A stretch of 64,000 nt of DNA from Azonexus sp. (GTDB lineage Bacteria; Pseudomonadota; Gammaproteobacteria; Burkholderiales; Rhodocyclaceae): NCBI RefSeq assembly GCF_030824335.1, contig NZ_JAVBXX010000003.1, positions 46,472 to 110,471 of the forward strand, read 5' to 3'. The number at the start of each line of letters is the position of its first letter. Positions within the stretch are counted from its first letter, which is position 1. This document shows positions 10,201 through 22,200 of the stretch, one piece after another. The position numbers and the translations under genes are program-made. Below the pieces are notes generated by a model. The model was not told where the DNA came from. It searched no databases and was given only the letters and a program-made list of their open reading frames with translations.

Positions 10201-13200
10201 CGTATCGACCACGGCACGGCGTAGTGCCTGCCGGTCCGGGCCGTTCGACGTCGCGGGTGGATTGGCGATTAACACGGGGGCTGCAGCTTCAACACTGACC
10301 ACCGGGTGGGCTGAACCAAGCAGGCGAGCCACTTCACCGAGCAGTGCGCCAACCGTTGGCTGGGCATAGACACAGGTGGCGGGCAAGGCGATGCCCAGCC
10401 GGGCATTCAGCTTGCGAACCCAGGTTACCGCCAGGATGGAATCCAGACCAAGTGCCAGGAAACCGTCGCTGTCGGCAATCTCCGTCGGCGCCAGCAACAA
10501 TTCCTCGGCCAGCGTCTCGACCAGTTGCTGCCGCAACGCTGCCCGCTGCCCTGCCTGCTGCCCCCCCGAGAGGTCCGGCAATTTGCCAGATGCTGGCTGG
10601 GTGGCGGCAAAACTGCTGGCGATGCGCTCCATGACCAACGGATTGCCGATGAAGGTTTTTTCGTGCATCGCCACTTCCTTGACCAGCACGGCCTCGATCT
10701 CGCCATGCAGGACGGCGCTTGCCGCCGCCTTGGCCGCCTGTAATTGTTGCGGTGTCTGGCTGGCCAGACGATGGGCCACGGCCAGCGCGCGTGGCAGGAC
10801 TTCACCCGCCGGGAAAACCGGCAAGGGCATGCCACGCCGGGCGAGTTCCCTGCCCTTGAATTCGCGGGCCGAGAACAGAACCTCACGCCCCAGGTCATCA
10901 CCCAGGCGATGTGGAAAAACCAGGGTCGCACCGGCACCGGGCGTGAAACCGAAACGCAGGTAATTGCTGTGATAAACACTGTCGGCGGCAAACAAGGCCA
11001 GATCGCAGAACATGCCGAGCGACCAACCGGCCCCGATGGCATGCCCCTGCATGGCGGCAATGACCGGTAGCGGGAAATCCAGCGGCAGGCTGTAAATCCG
11101 CTGATCGGTGAAGCGCGTGTCGCCGCGCTGCAGGCTTTCCAGCCCTTCGCGCGTCCCACCACAGGCAAAGTAGGCATCGTGGCCGGTCAGCACCAGCACC
11201 TTGCACGCCGGCATCTCGGCGAGCCGCGCGAAAGCCTCGGTGATGCCTTCCATGAAGGCGGGCGTAAAGGTGTTCTTGTGCTGGCGTTCGAGCATGTGCA
11301 ACACAGCCACGCCATCATCGAACAATTCGAGGGCGATGACCGGTGATGCCAGGGCCAGACGCTGCGGAGCCCCCCAAAGCGCCTGCTCGTCAGCCGTCGG
11401 CAGCCCTTCAGCCAGTTCGCGGCTGCCCAGCGGTGGCGGTGGCAGATCCTGCGGCGCTTGCGGCCCGCGACGCATATGCGCTTTCAATTCGATCAGGGCA
11501 AGGCGCGGGGCAGCGGCAATCTGGTGCGCCAGCGCCATCGCCTGCTCGGCAAGCACTTCCGGCGCGACGACAGCAAGGCCGCTGGCCAGTTCTCGCCCGG
11601 CAACTTCACCCCACAGACGGCGAACCGCTGCCAGGCCAAAACGACGTCGCAACAATGCAGCCGGATCACCTGCCAGGTCGCTGGAAAAATCAGCCGCGAA
11701 GCCCGGTTGACCGTGATAAAGCCCGTTTTCGGCCAGAATCAGGAAATCGCAGTGGGCGGCCAGTGCCAAGCCAGCCCCGCGTGCGGCAGGCACGGCAGCG
11801 ATGATCGGCAGCGGACACAGCAAGGGCACCGCCAGTGCGGCTGGTGCGGCATTGAAATCGAGCGGCGCCCACCAGTCACCCGTGAGCAACAGCGCAGTGA
11901 CCTGCAAATCGGCGGCGGCAACGGAAAGTTCGCCAGCCAGTTCGGCCAACAACGACACATCCCAAGGACCGACGATCTGCAGGGTACGCAGCCCATCGAC
12001 ATCGGGCAGGCGTTGCAGACGGGCGACACCCGACAAGCGCTCGGTTAAGGGCGCCAACTGCACCGGGCGCAGATGGCGCGGTTTGCTCTTTGCTTCGGCC
12101 TCGGCCCGGAAGCATTCGGCCGGCGGCAAAAGGCGATGCACGACTCGTCTGGCTGTGCCGGTCACAAGCCGGGCCGCTTGCGCGGGCGGCAAAACCGGCT
12201 GGGTGAGCGACTCCACGGCGCTGACGGCCAGTTCGACCGACCCAGGCGCAGCATCGACCCAGTACGACTTGCCGGCAAAGACATAGGTCGGCAAGGGAAT
12301 GCGCTGTCTCGAACCAGCGGCAAACTGTCGGCTTGGTGCCGCGTCGTCGCCCGCCAGGAAGGCCTGCGCCAGTTGCCGCAGCATGGCGCAATAGCCGAGT
12401 GCGTCACCGGCAAATGCCCGTCCCGGCAGATCCGGTTGCGTTGCACCATCTTCACACTGCGCCGACACTACAGCCGACACCGTATCGGCATCCCCCTCCC
12501 CGGCCAACCAGGCAGCGAGACGGGTGCCAAGCGCAGCCCGGTCTTCGGCCAGCACGGCCAGGCGGTGGACAAAATGCCGACGACCGACCGCCAAGGTGTA
12601 AGCCACATCGCTCAGCCGCTGTTCCGGTCTGGCCGGCAAATGGGCGAGCAATGCCGCAGCCTGTGCCCGCAACTGCTCGGCCGAACGTGCCGATAGCACA
12701 CACAAGCAGGCTGGCATTTCCGGGGTTTTTGCTGCGTTGACCGCAATATTTTCCTCAATGACCAGATGGGCATTGGTCCCGCCAAAACCGAAGGAACTGA
12801 TCGCTGCCTGGCGCGGCTGCTCTGGCTGGGTCGGCCAGGGCAGCGGTCGATCATTGAGGAAGAACGGACTATCGGCCATGGATAGCGCAGGATTCGGCTC
12901 TCCGGCGTGCAGCGTCGGTGGAATCTGTTCATGTTCCAGCGCCAGCAAAACCTTGAGCAGACCAGTGATACCGGCAGCAGTTGTGGCATGACCAAGATTG
13001 GATTTGATCGAGCCGAGGGCACAGTAGCCGCGCTCCGCCGTCCAGCCACGATAAGCCCGGCTCAATGCCGCGTGTTCGATGGGATCGCCGAGCGGTGTGC
13101 CGGTGCCATGCGCCTCGACCAGGCCGATACGCGCCGGATCGATGCCGTAGCGTTGGTAGACCTCACGGATCAGTTGCTCCTGCGACAGCGCACTGGGCGC

Positions 13201-16200
13201 CGTGATGCCGTTGGTCGAACCGTCCTGATTGATGCCACTGGCGACGATGACACCATGAATGGTGTCGCCGTCGGCCAAGGCCTGGGACAAGGGACGCAGC
13301 AACACCGCGGCAACTGCCTCACCCGGCACGATGCCGTCGGCACCGGCCCCGAAGGCAGCACAGCGACCGCTGGGCGAAAGCATGCCGGCCTGATTGGCGT
13401 AGCGATAAAACCGGGGCGACGACTGAATGAACACGCCACCGGCCAGCGCCAGGTCGGCATCCCCCTGCCACAGACTCTGGCAAGCCAGGTGCACCGCCAC
13501 CAGCGAACTCGAACAGGCCGTATCGACGGCGACGGCCGGACCTTTCAAGTTCAGATGGTAAGCAATGCGCGCTGGAATCAGCGAACAGGTGTTACCCCAG
13601 AACGCCTGCCCCGGCGGCTGGCTGCGGAAAAGTTCCTGGTAATCGCCGTGAGCACAGCCGACAAATACGCCGCAGCGGCGTCCTTCGATATCGGCACCGG
13701 CATGACCGGCATGTTCCAGCGTACGCCAGGCTTCCTCGAGGAACAGGCGTTGCTGCGGATCCATGTAGGTCGCTTCGAGCCCGGAGATATTGAAGAAGCG
13801 GGCATCGAAGCGATCAATCTCCGAAATGAAGCTGCCATGCTGACACCAGCTCCCCGGCTCGGCGTCGCGGAAGAACGGTGCCAGGTCGAAACGGCTTACC
13901 GGCTGAACCAGATCGTCGCCGGCCATGAGGTGCTGCCACAAGGCCTCGGGGCCGGCCGAGCCGGCAAACCGGCCGCTGTAGCCAACGATGGCAATCGGTT
14001 CGCCCAGTTCGGGGGGGGCTGAACGGGCTGGCGGCGCTTGTGGCAAAGTCAGCTCAAGCCGGTCGGCACCGTGCATCAATGCTGCCTTGCTGGCGGAGAT
14101 GTCCGAAACCGCCTCTGCCGCAACGGGGGGAAGGTTGACCTTGGCGATGCTGGCCCCCAAGGCTTGAAGATGGACGGCCAACTGGCTGACGCTCGGATAA
14201 TCGAACAAATCGGTCTGCACCAGTTTCACATCAAGCTGCTGCCGCAGGCGGTGCACCAGTTCTGCGCCAAGAATGGAATCCAGACCGTAATCGGCGAAGG
14301 AAAGGCCGGCGTCAATCTGGGTCGGTGCCAGGTTCAAGGTGGTGGCTAAAGCCGCGACGATCAGACCGGCGAGATCTTTGGCTGTCCCAGCTGCAGTGAT
14401 CGTGCCAGTCGAAGGGACGACAAGCGTTGCTGCGGCACCGGGATTGGCGGTGCTGCTGTCGGGATTGTCGCCAGGATAGGCATCTCTCGCCGAGCCGTGA
14501 TCGCCCTTGCGTTGAGCAGCCCAAACCTGCTGACCCAAAGCGTGCTCCTCGTCCGGCGTTCCACCCAGCCAGACCAGTCCCAGTTCGCCCACCAGGGCTT
14601 GCCAACTATTTGGCGTCAGCGCCGGCGAACCGGGAATGCGCCGTGACGCATCGGCAAAGCGCCACCAGCCTTCGAGCAAACCGAAAGTCAAATGGGTGAA
14701 CAGCGTGGCGCAACTGGTTTCGTTAACCAGCAGAATGCCACCAGGAGCAAGCAGATCGCGCACATTAGCCAGGGTCCGGTCGATATACCGGGTCGCGTGC
14801 AGAACATTGGCCGCAATGACCAGATCGTAGCCCCCCGGCACGACATCCTGCCCGACCAGAGGCTGCTCGACGTCGAACAAGGTCGGGCGCAGCCACGGTG
14901 CCCTGGCACGGAAATGCCGCTCGCCATGGATCAGGAAAGCCCGCGATACGTCGGTATAACAATATTCGGCAATGCTCTCGGTCAGCGGGGTTGGCCTCTG
15001 GGTTGAGCGCACGCTCAGCGCCGCCAATACGGGCTCAGTCGTCCCGCCTGTACCGGCACCAATTTCCAATATGCGCAAACGACATGCCGGATTCAGCGCC
15101 CGTCGCTCGGCCAGCACGGCTGCCGCGGCCTGCGCCAGGCAGGCGTTGAACCGGCCCGCTACCGCGTTTTGCTTGTATACGGCCTCGACGAGGTCCATCC
15201 GGCCATCGGGGAACATCACGGCGGTGGCAGCCAGGCGCTCATCAAGAATTTCCGGCAGTGCATGCAGCACGGTTTCAACCAGGCGAATCTGGGCGGCGGG
15301 TCCATCGGCGATGGCTGCCCGCTGCCGATAAGTCGTCCAGGCAGCCCAGGCGCTGGTCAAATCTTCTCCCGTAGAACCCGGGTACGCCACCAGCAAATCA
15401 AGCAAGGCAGTTCGCCAGGGTTCCCAAGCCGGGCCGAGGGGCTGCGTCGACAAATCGGGCAGCACGGCGCGAACCAATTTGGCCAGTTGGCTTTCCAGTT
15501 CGTCGTGCACTTCCTGCAAGGCAACGCGGCCGGGCTGCGGCGTGTGCAGCACTTTCTCCAAGACCGCGGTCAAGCGCTCGGACTGCCGCGTCGGCAAGCT
15601 TGACGCAGCAGCGCTAGCGAGCGGCCAGTAGCGCTCCCTGGCAAAAGGATAGGTCGGTGCGCTGACCACGCGTGGCGGGTTCTGCCGGGGCAACAAGCGC
15701 CAATCCACATCGACGCCGTGCACCCATAATCCCAGCACGCGCGCCAGATTGTCGCTCACCGCGCCGGCCGCCAGCCAACGCCCGATAATGCTTTGTACAT
15801 CCGGCTCGTCGGCCAGCAGGCCCAAGGCACTGCGTCGCCCGCTGGTATTGCCGCTCAGCGTGCCGTCCGGGTTTTGTCCGGGCACCGCCTGCAACCATGC
15901 CCGCAGCGCATGCGCCAGTTCCTCGTAGGTCGTGGTCTGGATGGCCAGACGATACTCCATCGCCTCCCGGCCAATTTGCAGGGTCCACGCCAGATCAGCC
16001 AGGGGCGGTAGCGCGGAATCGCTGACTGCTTGCCTTGCGGCCGGCAATACCTCCGTCAGTGCGGCGGCAATCGTCGCGATGCAATCCCAATCGGCCACGG
16101 CAGCCACACTCAGGGATATCTCGAAACGCTGCTCCAGGGCATGGCGCAGGGCATGTCGGTGCACGGGCTCGAGGCCGTAGCTATCGAGTGGCTCGTGGGG

Positions 16201-19200
16201 GTCAAAATCGACGGCATCGACACTGAGCAAACCGGCCAGCAACTCGGCGATGACGGGTATCAGGGCCGGGCGACGCACGGTTTCAGCACCGACTGCGGGC
16301 TGTTCGATGAAAGCCAGCAGGCGCTCGGCAACGGCCCGCAGGCCCGCGGCATGGCGCGCCGAAAGCAGGATGGCCTGGCGACTAGCCGAATTTATGTGCC
16401 CGGATTCTGCGCGCACAGAGGCGGCACGCGGCCACTCTTCCAGCACGAGGTGGGCATTGGCCCCGCCAGCACCGAAGGAGGAAACCCCGGCGCGGCGCGG
16501 CGCCTGAGCGACACCGCTGGGTGCCGGCCAGGCAGCGAGTTGGCGTTGCAGGTGAAATGGCGTCCCGGCCAATTCCAGATTGGGATTAAGCGTGTCGGCG
16601 TGCAGGGTCGGCACGAGCTGCTGATGGCGCAGTTGTAGCAATACTTTAGTCAGGCCGGCAATGCCTGCTGCCGCTTCAAGATGACCAATCGCCGACTTCA
16701 CTGACCCGAGGGCGCAGGTCGCGCTGGTAGCGGCGCCCTCACGCTCAGCGAAAGCCTGACACAGGCCGCTGAATTCGATCGGATCACCCAGCTCGGTTCC
16801 CGTGCCGTGCGCTTCGATATAGCCGATGCTGGCAGGGTCAATGCCGGCGTGCACCATTGCCGCCTTGACCACCTCGCCCTGGGCCAGCGGATTGGGCACC
16901 GTATAACCGCTGGTCGTCCCACCGTGATTGATCGCACTGCCCCGGATCAGGCCATGGATCTGGTCGCCGTCGGCCAGCGCCCGCGACAGGGGTTTGAGGA
17001 CGACGCAACCGACGCCCTCGCCCGGCACGAATCCGTTACCACCCGCCCCGAAACTCCGGCAGTGGCCGTCGGGACTGAGCATGCGGGCAGCACACAATTC
17101 AATGTAGTTGTCCGGATGCAGGTAAAGATTGACCCCGCCGGCCAGGGCCATGTCGCACTCGCCCCGGTGCAGGTGTGCGCAGGCTTCGTGGATGGCCGTC
17201 AACGACGACGAGCACATGGTATCGATCGGCATGCTTGGCCCCTGGAGGCCGAGGCAGAAAGAGACGCGATTGGCGACACTGGCAAAGGAAGTGGAGGGGC
17301 GAACGCGTGAACCGCTGCTGCCGGTTTGCAGACCATGCAGCGCATAACCGGTTTTGGTGACCCCGACAAAAACACCGACCCTGCCGCCCATCTGCTCGGC
17401 CAGGCGAGTCCTGGTATAACCGGCATCCTCACAGGCCGCCCAGGCTTCCATCAGGAACAACCGCTCCTGCGGGTCCATGGCCAGCGCTTCGCGCGGGGAT
17501 ATCCGGAAGAACAAGGGATCGAAATCGGCAAAACCGTCGAGGAAACCACCCCAACGGGAATAACTCAGCCCCTGGGCAACGGCCTGCTCCGGATCAGCTT
17601 CATAGAAGCCATCCAGGGACCAGCGTTCGGCCGGGATCTCGACGATGCTTTCGCGCCCGGCAAGCAGATTGGCCCAGAACTGATGCACATCGGCCGCCCC
17701 CGGATAGCGACCGCTCAGACCGATGATGGCGATAGGTTCCGGTGCATCGGCGTGGGTATTGGAACGAGGCAGCGCATCGCTCGGGGAATATGCCAGCGTG
17801 ATCATCTCGCCGGTAGCGCCAGTCGCGAATGTCCGGCCATCCAGTTGGCTGGAAATTGCCCCGATATTGCGGTCGACCGCAATATTTTCATGAAAACCCG
17901 GCGCGCCGAGGACTTCCTGGCCGACCCAGTCCCGGCACGCCGCAGCGTGCTGGTTCAGCAAGTAAGCAGCAACCTGGCCCAGTGTCCGATGTTCGAAAAA
18001 CAGGGTTTTTGACAGTCGACCGAAACGCTCACCCAAGGCCTGATTCAAGCGGTTGATCATCAACGAATCGATACCGTAATTTTCAAGCGGTTGATCAAGC
18101 TCGATCTGAGCTGCCGACAGCCCGGCGATCCGGCCGAGCAATTCGCCCAAATGCTGACCGACGGCCCGGCGCAAGACAGTATCAATACCGGCAGCTACCC
18201 CACCGATTGTTCTAGCCGCTTCGCCACCCAAGGCTAGGCCGGGCAACATGGCGGCCTGCCGGAAAAATGCCCGGATGCGGTCCGCCTCGCCAGCCACCAC
18301 GGCAAGCTGGCGATGGCCGCTCGAGATGGCCGAACGCAAGGCAGTCAGCCCCGCCGCACTGGCCAAGGGACGCTGCCCCATCTGGGCAAAAAATGCCTGC
18401 TCCCCAGCTGCATCGACCTGCATGCCGCCATCCCGCCAGAGCGGCCAGTCGATGGCGAGCATCGGTGCTCCCTGGCTTTCCGCCAGCGCATCAAGGAAAC
18501 CGTTGGCCGCAGCATAATCCGCCTGCCCGGCATTACCGACGGCACCGGCCAGCGAGGAAAAATGCACGAAACAATCCAGCGCCAAGCCACGACAAGCTTC
18601 ATGCAGCGCCCAGGCACCCAGCACCTTGGGGGCCAGCACCGCTTGTAACTGTGCCTGCGTCTTGCGGATAAAGGCACTATCGCGGTGGATACCGGCACAG
18701 TGAATTACCCCATGCAGCCCCCCATACTGCGCCTGGCAATCTTCGACCAGGGCGCTCACGGCAGCCGCATCGCAGATATCCACTTGCCGGTAGTGCACCT
18801 TGGCACCCAACTGACGCAAGTCCTCCAGCGCCGCCTGACGCGCCGGATCGAGCGGCGATACACCGGCCAGAACCAAGCTGGCGCCGGGTGCCCGGCGGGC
18901 AATATCCGCCGCGACCAAACGCCCCAAGGCACCCAGCCCCCCGCTGATCAGATAAATCCCGCCGGGACGCCAGTCGGTGGCGAGCGAAATTGGCGGCAAC
19001 ACTGGCGGCAAATCGCGCCAGAGCCGGACAAAACGTTCGCCCTCCTGGTAACGCACCCGCCGGTGCTCTCCAGCCCCGGCTTCCCGGTCCAGGCAAGCCA
19101 ATGCCTCGGCAGCCGACCATGTTGCCGGCACCTCGACCACCTGACCACGCACGCGCGGCATTTCGGCTGTGACACTGTCGAGCAAGGCAGCCAAGCCGGC

Positions 19201-22200
19201 ATGCACGCTGCGCACACCATCGCGGGGAACCAGTAGCTGAACCAGCAACTCCCCTGCAATACCGGTACTCACCGTTTGTTGCAGGGCCTGCAGAAGAATG
19301 CCGGCCAGCGTCTGGTAACGCGCCGCCGGCGTACCGAGTAAAGGTGGCACGGCAATCAACGCCGTAGCGGAGCCTGCCCCAGCGGCAAGGGGAAACTCGC
19401 AGGGCAGGATCAGACGCCGCAGCGTCAGCGCCCCGCTGCTTGCCGATGACTGCGCTGGCGAGGGCAATGGCAGCGCCTGCCAGTGTGGCACCAGCATCAG
19501 GGCTGGGCTGGCCGCCGGGGCCGACCCGGCGCTGACACGGTCTGCCCCACTCGCCTCTCCAGCGACTGGCAGCCAGTAACGGGTGCTGGCAAACACCTTC
19601 GGCGGCAAGGCTTCTCGCCGTGGCGCTTGTCCCGACCCGAGATACTCTTCGATCACGACATGAGCATTACTGCCGCCAAAACCAAAGCTGCTGACACCAG
19701 CCCGACGCGGCAGTAAGCGGCCATCAGCATCCACCGGCTGGGACCAGGTCTGACGCGAGCGCACCAGATAAAAGGGACTGTCCTGCAATTCGATATAGGG
19801 ATTGACCGAGGCGCAATGCAGGGTGGGCGGCAAGGTCCGCGCCGCCATCGCCAGGATGACCTTGAGCACACCAGCCAGACCGGCTGCCGCTTCAAGATGA
19901 CCAATATTCGACTTGACCGAACCCAGGCCGATGCTGTCCCGTGGCAAGCGAGCATCCAGCCCGGCGTAGGCCAGACGCAAGCCGTTGATCTCGACCGGGT
20001 CACCCAGGCTGGTGCCGGTGCCGTGCGTTTCGATATAGCCGATGCTGGCCGGCTCGATCCCGAGCATCGCTTGTTGTACCAGTTCAGCCTGCGCCTTGGC
20101 ACTGGGTGCGGTCAAGGAACCGGCATGACCACCATGGTTGACCGCGCCACCGGCGATCAGACCCAGGATGCGGTCACCATCGCGTTCGGCAGCGGCTCGC
20201 CCTTTGAGTACCAAGACCACCGCACCTTCGCCCCGAACATAACCATCGGCGGCACTGGAGAAAGTCCGGCAGCGCCCGCTCGGGCTCAACATGCCGGCTT
20301 GCCATGGGCCGGCGAAACCCTCGATGGACAGGGCCAGATTGACACCGCCGGCCAGGGCCATGGCACAACGCCCACTACGAATTGCCTCGACAGCCCGCAA
20401 CAGGGCCACCAGGGAACTGGAACAGGCGGTATCCACCGCCTCGCTCGGCCCATGCAAATTGAATTGCCAGGACAAGCGATTGGCAACCATGGCCAAGGAA
20501 TTGCCAGTCGCCACGTAGGCATCGCTGTCTACGCCGGCATCCTGCAAGAGACTGGCGTAATCGCGGCCGCTGACGCCGACGAAAACCCCCGTTGCCGCCG
20601 GCAGCTCATCGGGACGATACCCGGCAGCCTCGACAGCGCGCCAGGCGGTTTCCAGCATCAAGCGCTGTTGCGGATCGAGACGACTGGCTTCATGGGGCGA
20701 GGTTTTGAAAAAGGCGGCGTCGAAACAATCGATATCGCTCAAAAAGCCGCCCTGAAGGGGAAAACCGGCAGCTTCGAGACGACTGCGATAGGCCGCTGGA
20801 TAACGCTCGAGCGGTAGATCGCCGACCAGATCATCGCCCTGCAGCAGGCGCTGAAAAAACGCCTCGGCATCCGTCGCCCCTGGTAGCCGCGCCGCCAGGC
20901 CGACAATCGCCACGGCATCGTCCGCAGCCTGCTTCGCCACCCGCGCTGCATCCGTCGCATCCTTGGCAACAGGCTGTGCTGTTGCAGGTAACGCGGAAAC
21001 GGCTTCGGGTACGACTGCCGGTGCAGGCAGGCGTGCCGCCAGCCAGCCAGCCAGCGACTCGATATGCTCGCATTCGAAGAAAATGGCCGGCGTCAGGCTG
21101 GCCTCGTAGCGGGCATTGATCTCATTGGCCAGCCGGGTCAGCGAAATGGAGTCAAAACCGAGATCGTGGAAGGGCGAACGCGGATTGATGTCAGCCACCG
21201 GGAACTTGAGCAAATCAGCCACCAGTTCGCACACTCCCAGGCTGAAAGCAGCGCGTGCCACGGCCTCGGGATGAAGATCGTCATGCAGACGGGAAACAGC
21301 CCCCGAAGCAGCCGGAGGCATTGCCGGGATAACTTCACTGGTCGTGGCGCCAGCCGGTGCGCCCAAGGTCAGGCGGTCCGCTGACGGTTCGGCGGCTGAA
21401 GCGATGAGTGCAGCCCGAGTTGCAGCCCGCGGCGACCAGGCCAATTGTTCAGGCAGCGCCAGAGACAAGCCGTTCAGCCCGGCCACGACCGAGCCGTCGG
21501 CCGCCAGGAAGCACACATCCCATCCCTCCCCAGCCAGCAGCGCCGGGCGAAGCAGAAGGTGGCTGACCACGCCACCGGCAAGGAAAACATCGGCCACCCG
21601 ACTCAGGCCGTAGGCGGCAAACTGCGGCCGGAGCAGCAACAGGGCTTGCCAGGCAGCCCCCAACTGAGCGGCCGGGAATTGTACGTTGCGCTTGAAGTGA
21701 TCCTGCATCGGATAGTCCTGGCGCAAGCTGAGCAATACCCCGTCACCGGGTAGCTGCCAAAGCGACTCAACGACTTCCTGGTAGGGCAGGAAAGACTGTT
21801 TTTCCCGGGCCAGTTCCTGGTAAAGCGCCGCGCCCGAAAGACTGCGTACTGAATCAGCCCGCAATGCATCGAGCGCAATGGCCGGCCGATCAGCCGGCAT
21901 GCCTGATGCAACCCGCACACGAGCAAACGGCCGACTGGACGCCCCCCCCTCAGTAACGGCAAGTTCGATCAGTGGCACCGTCCCCTCTGCCAACACCTGC
22001 GCCGACAATTCACTGACCCGCGACCAGTCCGGGGAATAGCCGATTTCCAGTTGGCTCAGTGCAAGGCCTTCGCTGAATCCAGCCAGATGAGCCACCGCCG
22101 CCACCATTTCGACCACCACTGTGGGCAGCAGGCGGGGCTGACGATTGACCGTGTAAACGTAATCAAGCAATTCGTTCAGGTAGATCGGGGTCTGGTAACG

